A DNA stretch of 64,000 bases from contig CM082589.2 of assembly GCA_040954595.2 (NCBI GenBank), positions 2,483,175 through 2,547,174 of the forward strand. The letters are read 5' to 3'. Both the position numbers and the translations under genes were made by a program. Origin of the DNA: Balanoglossus misakiensis. Taxonomy: Eukaryota > Animalia > Hemichordata. The notes below the pieces were generated by a model, which had not been told where the DNA came from, did not search any database, and saw only the letters and a list, made by a program, of their open reading frames with translations. This document shows positions 60,861 through 64,000 of this stretch, piece by piece (within the stretch, counting starts at the first letter, position 1; each line of letters opens with the position of its first letter).

Positions 60861-62356
60861 ATGCTCATTACTAAGATCAAAGCACATCAGTACGGGAATA
60901 CATCTCACGTCAACGTGTTTAGGAATGAGAGTATCTTAACATCTATTTTGTGTTTTTCTGCTTTGTCTGCTTTCACAGGCGTCGCCGAAGGAAGCAATGG
61001 CGGTCTCTCAAATGATAACGGCAATGATCAATTAAGGCGTAAATTATTACAATACTACGATCGCAGAAAGTTACCTCATAAGCCACAGGTGGATATCACG
61101 GTGTCTATCCAGTTGGTCACAGCGGAAGTTGTAAGTGTTGTTTGTTTGATAATTTTTGTCGTTTGGGGGGGACACTAAAATATCACGTATTATACGAAAG
61201 GGAAGCGTTGGACCATTCACAATACAGCATCAACGTCGATGCATTTTGCTTCATTAAGACTTTTCAATTTCTTGTGAACATATTAACGTGTTCTATTTAA
61301 TTATCCATAAAAGTCATAATTATCATTATAATTTTGTTTGATTTCAGAACACGGAGACGAACATTCTGATTGCGGAGCATCGAAGGCTATACGTAAGTGT
61401 TGCTATTAAACCATCCACATCCCGTCCATCATCAATCGATTCATTTTCCGTCAACCAACCCACTGAGTCACTCACATATTCACTCACTCACTTGGTCGAT
61501 CGATCGATCGATCAGTCAGTCAAACTACAACCCGGGACGTTTTCTGACATTGTTACACTGACTCTTCTTATGGAATCGCATCATTCCAGCTAGCAAATGT
61601 TATTTTTTAACACAACAGAAATGGTATGACAACAGACTCGTCTGGGATACACCAAACAAGCGATCGAGTCAAGTGTCAATCTTGGCTGTCTCGCCGGAGT
61701 CTATCTGGAGTTTCCTGCGCTACGAACAACTTGTAAATGGGTTAGTTCATTTCTCATTACTCATCTGCTGAACATGGCGACGAAAAGAATTTCGCCTCAG
61801 CCATGTGAACGACCAAATTTCTTAATGCTATGAACCAATATCTGAATGAACGACTTCATAACAACTCATGCAGATATGTCTTTTACTCGACAGTACTTTA
61901 CGGAAACCAGTGAACGCAACACGTCACGAGGAATCACCCACAGCATTGGTGACGTCAGAGGGTCTGGTCGAGCTCGTGACACCTCGGGTCGTCACGGAGA
62001 CGCCCTGTTTGCAGCACGCCCTCTCAAACGACACTTACACATGCGAGATAACGCTCTCCAATTGGCGATACCCGTCAACCAAGCTGAGGCTACAGTTTCC
62101 CCCAAACAGGGTGCCCGTGGATTTGCACTCTTTCATGACGGAAGAGTGGGAAGTTGCGGAAGCCACGGGCAAGATCTTCGACAGAAAGAGCGACAGCAAG
62201 TTAACCGACACGGTGTCGTCGGTCACATTTGAAATCGTTCTCCAAGAAGCAGACGTGTCCCTGTCTCATCTTAAGAACACTGCGACCAACCTTTTGCCAA
62301 CGACTTACATGTTCATGCTGTGTGCAGGACATATTTTTCTTCTTACTACTATGTAG
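60861..62356 (+). CDS. Cys-loop (nicotinic-type) ligand-binding-domain-only protein, AChBP-like, with a single hydrophobic C-terminal tail; exons ?-61130, 61348-61392, 61619-61740, 61894-62356 (5' start uncertain)
   Basis: Signal-like SILTSILCFSALSAFTGVAEG, then helix DQLRRKLLQYYDRRKLP. A 45-nt exon typical of nAChR genes follows, then KWYDNRLVWD...PESIW, ALVTSEGLV, the Cys loop C-LQHALSNDTYT-C, loop B SNWRY, EEWEV and VTFEIVL. The stop comes after one hydrophobic segment. Confidence 0.72.
61497..61513. repeat. (GATC)n short palindromic microsatellite in an intron
   Basis: cgatcgatcgatcgatc. Confidence 0.6.
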
Positions 62357-62932
62357 ATTGTTTCTGAGCTGAGCTCTTCCTTGCCAAACCTAAGATATTA
62401 TGATTAAGACATATATTTAAAGTTTACTATATTATCCGGGTAATCGTTCAGACATAAAATCTTAGGCTTAGAAAATTAGTTCGAGTTAGGACTTAGGCAG
62501 TATATATACTTTCCGATTGATTGACAAGCGAATGAACAGTACTGTTTCCGATTAAGTTACATTTCTAGATTTAAAAAAAAATCTTATATGGCGCTGCATT
62601 CTTTGATGACCAAAAGTTCACACTAGACATGCGCAGAACCCGATTCAGAATACCTGTATCAGTTTAACTGTCTGACGCAAGCCAAAATACTGGCGTACGG
62701 TCATCGTGTGTGGTGACGTGTATTTCTTCAGTTCAGAATTAATCGAGAGATCAGTTTGAAATTATTCTCCAGTGAGGATTAGTTATGTACACTTGGTTAT
62801 CTGAGGAAGAGGCAACGCAGTGCATGGGCGTGGCCATTGATGTGAAGTGTGAATGCTATCATCGTTGCAGTGACAGCCCTCAAGAGGGCGTAAATCCCAT
62901 CCCGTCTGCTAGTCACATGGTATGACACAGCG

Positions 62933-64000
62933 CTATAGTTTGATTCGAAACGACCTAGAAAGACACGAGAAAAATTTCAATTTAAAAATTAAAAAAAATT
63001 ATTTTTCATATTTCATGTTTTAGCATTTTCTATGTCATGTAAAGAAAGGACAATACACTATTATCTTCCACGAAAGTCTCCTTTTTTTATTTTAATCCTT
63101 GGAGAGGTTGAGAGCTATTTCTCCACGCCATCTTACCTCATGAATTCCGGTGACTTGGAAACCACATGTGAAAACTCGGCAAATGTCAATTGTCGATCAT
63201 CATCCAAATCTGTTTCTTCGAATATCTGAAGAGAGAAGTGTGGGGTGGTGGGTTAGCAGCCTGCCATATTTGCTTTAGTGTGTGTGTTTGCATGAGAAAG
63301 AATCGATGATGTGTTCTATTGTGATATCTTGGTTTCACTGAATAAATACTGTTCTGTCATGTAATATTATGCGCAATACACTTGTTTTCATATTGATAAA
63401 CACTTGAACATCATCATCGTAAGCATCACAGCCTTGGTAATGTTGTCTATATCTAAATAAGTTTGGCAACCAAAAAATATGACCGTCCTAAACACAACAT
63501 GACATATATGATCCCAAAATTCTTACATTGTTGACGAGTAACTTCACTTCATTCTCACTGAGTCGCTGATCGCTTTCGTCACTCGACGCCGTGATCCTTT
63601 TGACCATCTCTCTGATGTCAGACTCGTCGATAAGGTCATCTTCGTTAAAATCTGTCATGGAATCGAATTTTTTATGGTTAGTTTCTCTATTTGCCTCTGT
63701 TTGTGGGATTCCCAATAGGTTTTAGGTCACACTTCCTTCCCCAATCCAGCTGACATAAACGAACGTAGTATTTTTCAGATTTCTAGTGCATTGATGGCGT
63801 CCTTGTTACTCATGATGCAGTATGCAAAGAGTATCGAACTATCATGTATCGTATTTTATAGCCACCAAGTTTCAACAGCGCCGTTATTGTGATTTGTCAA
63901 TTTGGGAGTTTGGGCTTGATAAATTTCCCTTCAAATGATGCAAAATTGACAACAAGGCAATATTCCTAGTGGAAACTCACCGTAAATTCGGAATGCATAC
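62933..64000 (-). CDS. Second CIB-family EF-hand protein, 3' exons only (5' part lies beyond the window)
   Basis: Spliced YAFRIY|DFNEDDLIDESDIREMVKRIT...LLVNN|IFEETDLDDDRQLTFAEFSHVVSKSPEFM|SFRIKL*, with the same exon boundaries as the CIB gene at 32496-34469. Confidence 0.85.

Overview
Eukaryotic, intron-rich genomic DNA (GT-AG introns, AT-rich spacers). The gene content suggests a marine invertebrate deuterostome such as a hemichordate, echinoderm or amphioxus; this is inference. In order, the window holds: (1) ATAD2 on the minus strand, with a hAT-like MITE in an intron, head-to-head with a 5-exon TMEM244 gene that the ORF track fragments; (2) a ~17-kb glycan-modification cluster of three 4-exon type II membrane O-fucosyltransferase-family genes plus five single-coding-exon carbohydrate (CHST-type) sulfotransferases; (3) CIB1; (4) a MITE with a 9-bp TSD; (5) a ~24-kb head-to-tail array of three intact 7-exon genes encoding a RING-less chimera of ~1,110 aa: DED - TRADD-N-like - coiled coil - 2 B-boxes - coiled coil - filamin - NHL propeller; (6) a Cys-loop receptor ligand-binding-domain-only gene with a single hydrophobic C-terminal tail; (7) the 3' part of a second CIB paralog. 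In the array, substitutions cluster on the predicted NHL ligand face and copy 3 carries a swapped DED/TRADD-N cassette. The best candidates for an undescribed system are this array (a putative diversifying cytosolic sensor coupled to death-effector signalling) and the fucosyl/sulfotransferase cluster. All exon structures and domain calls were made by eye, without database searches.
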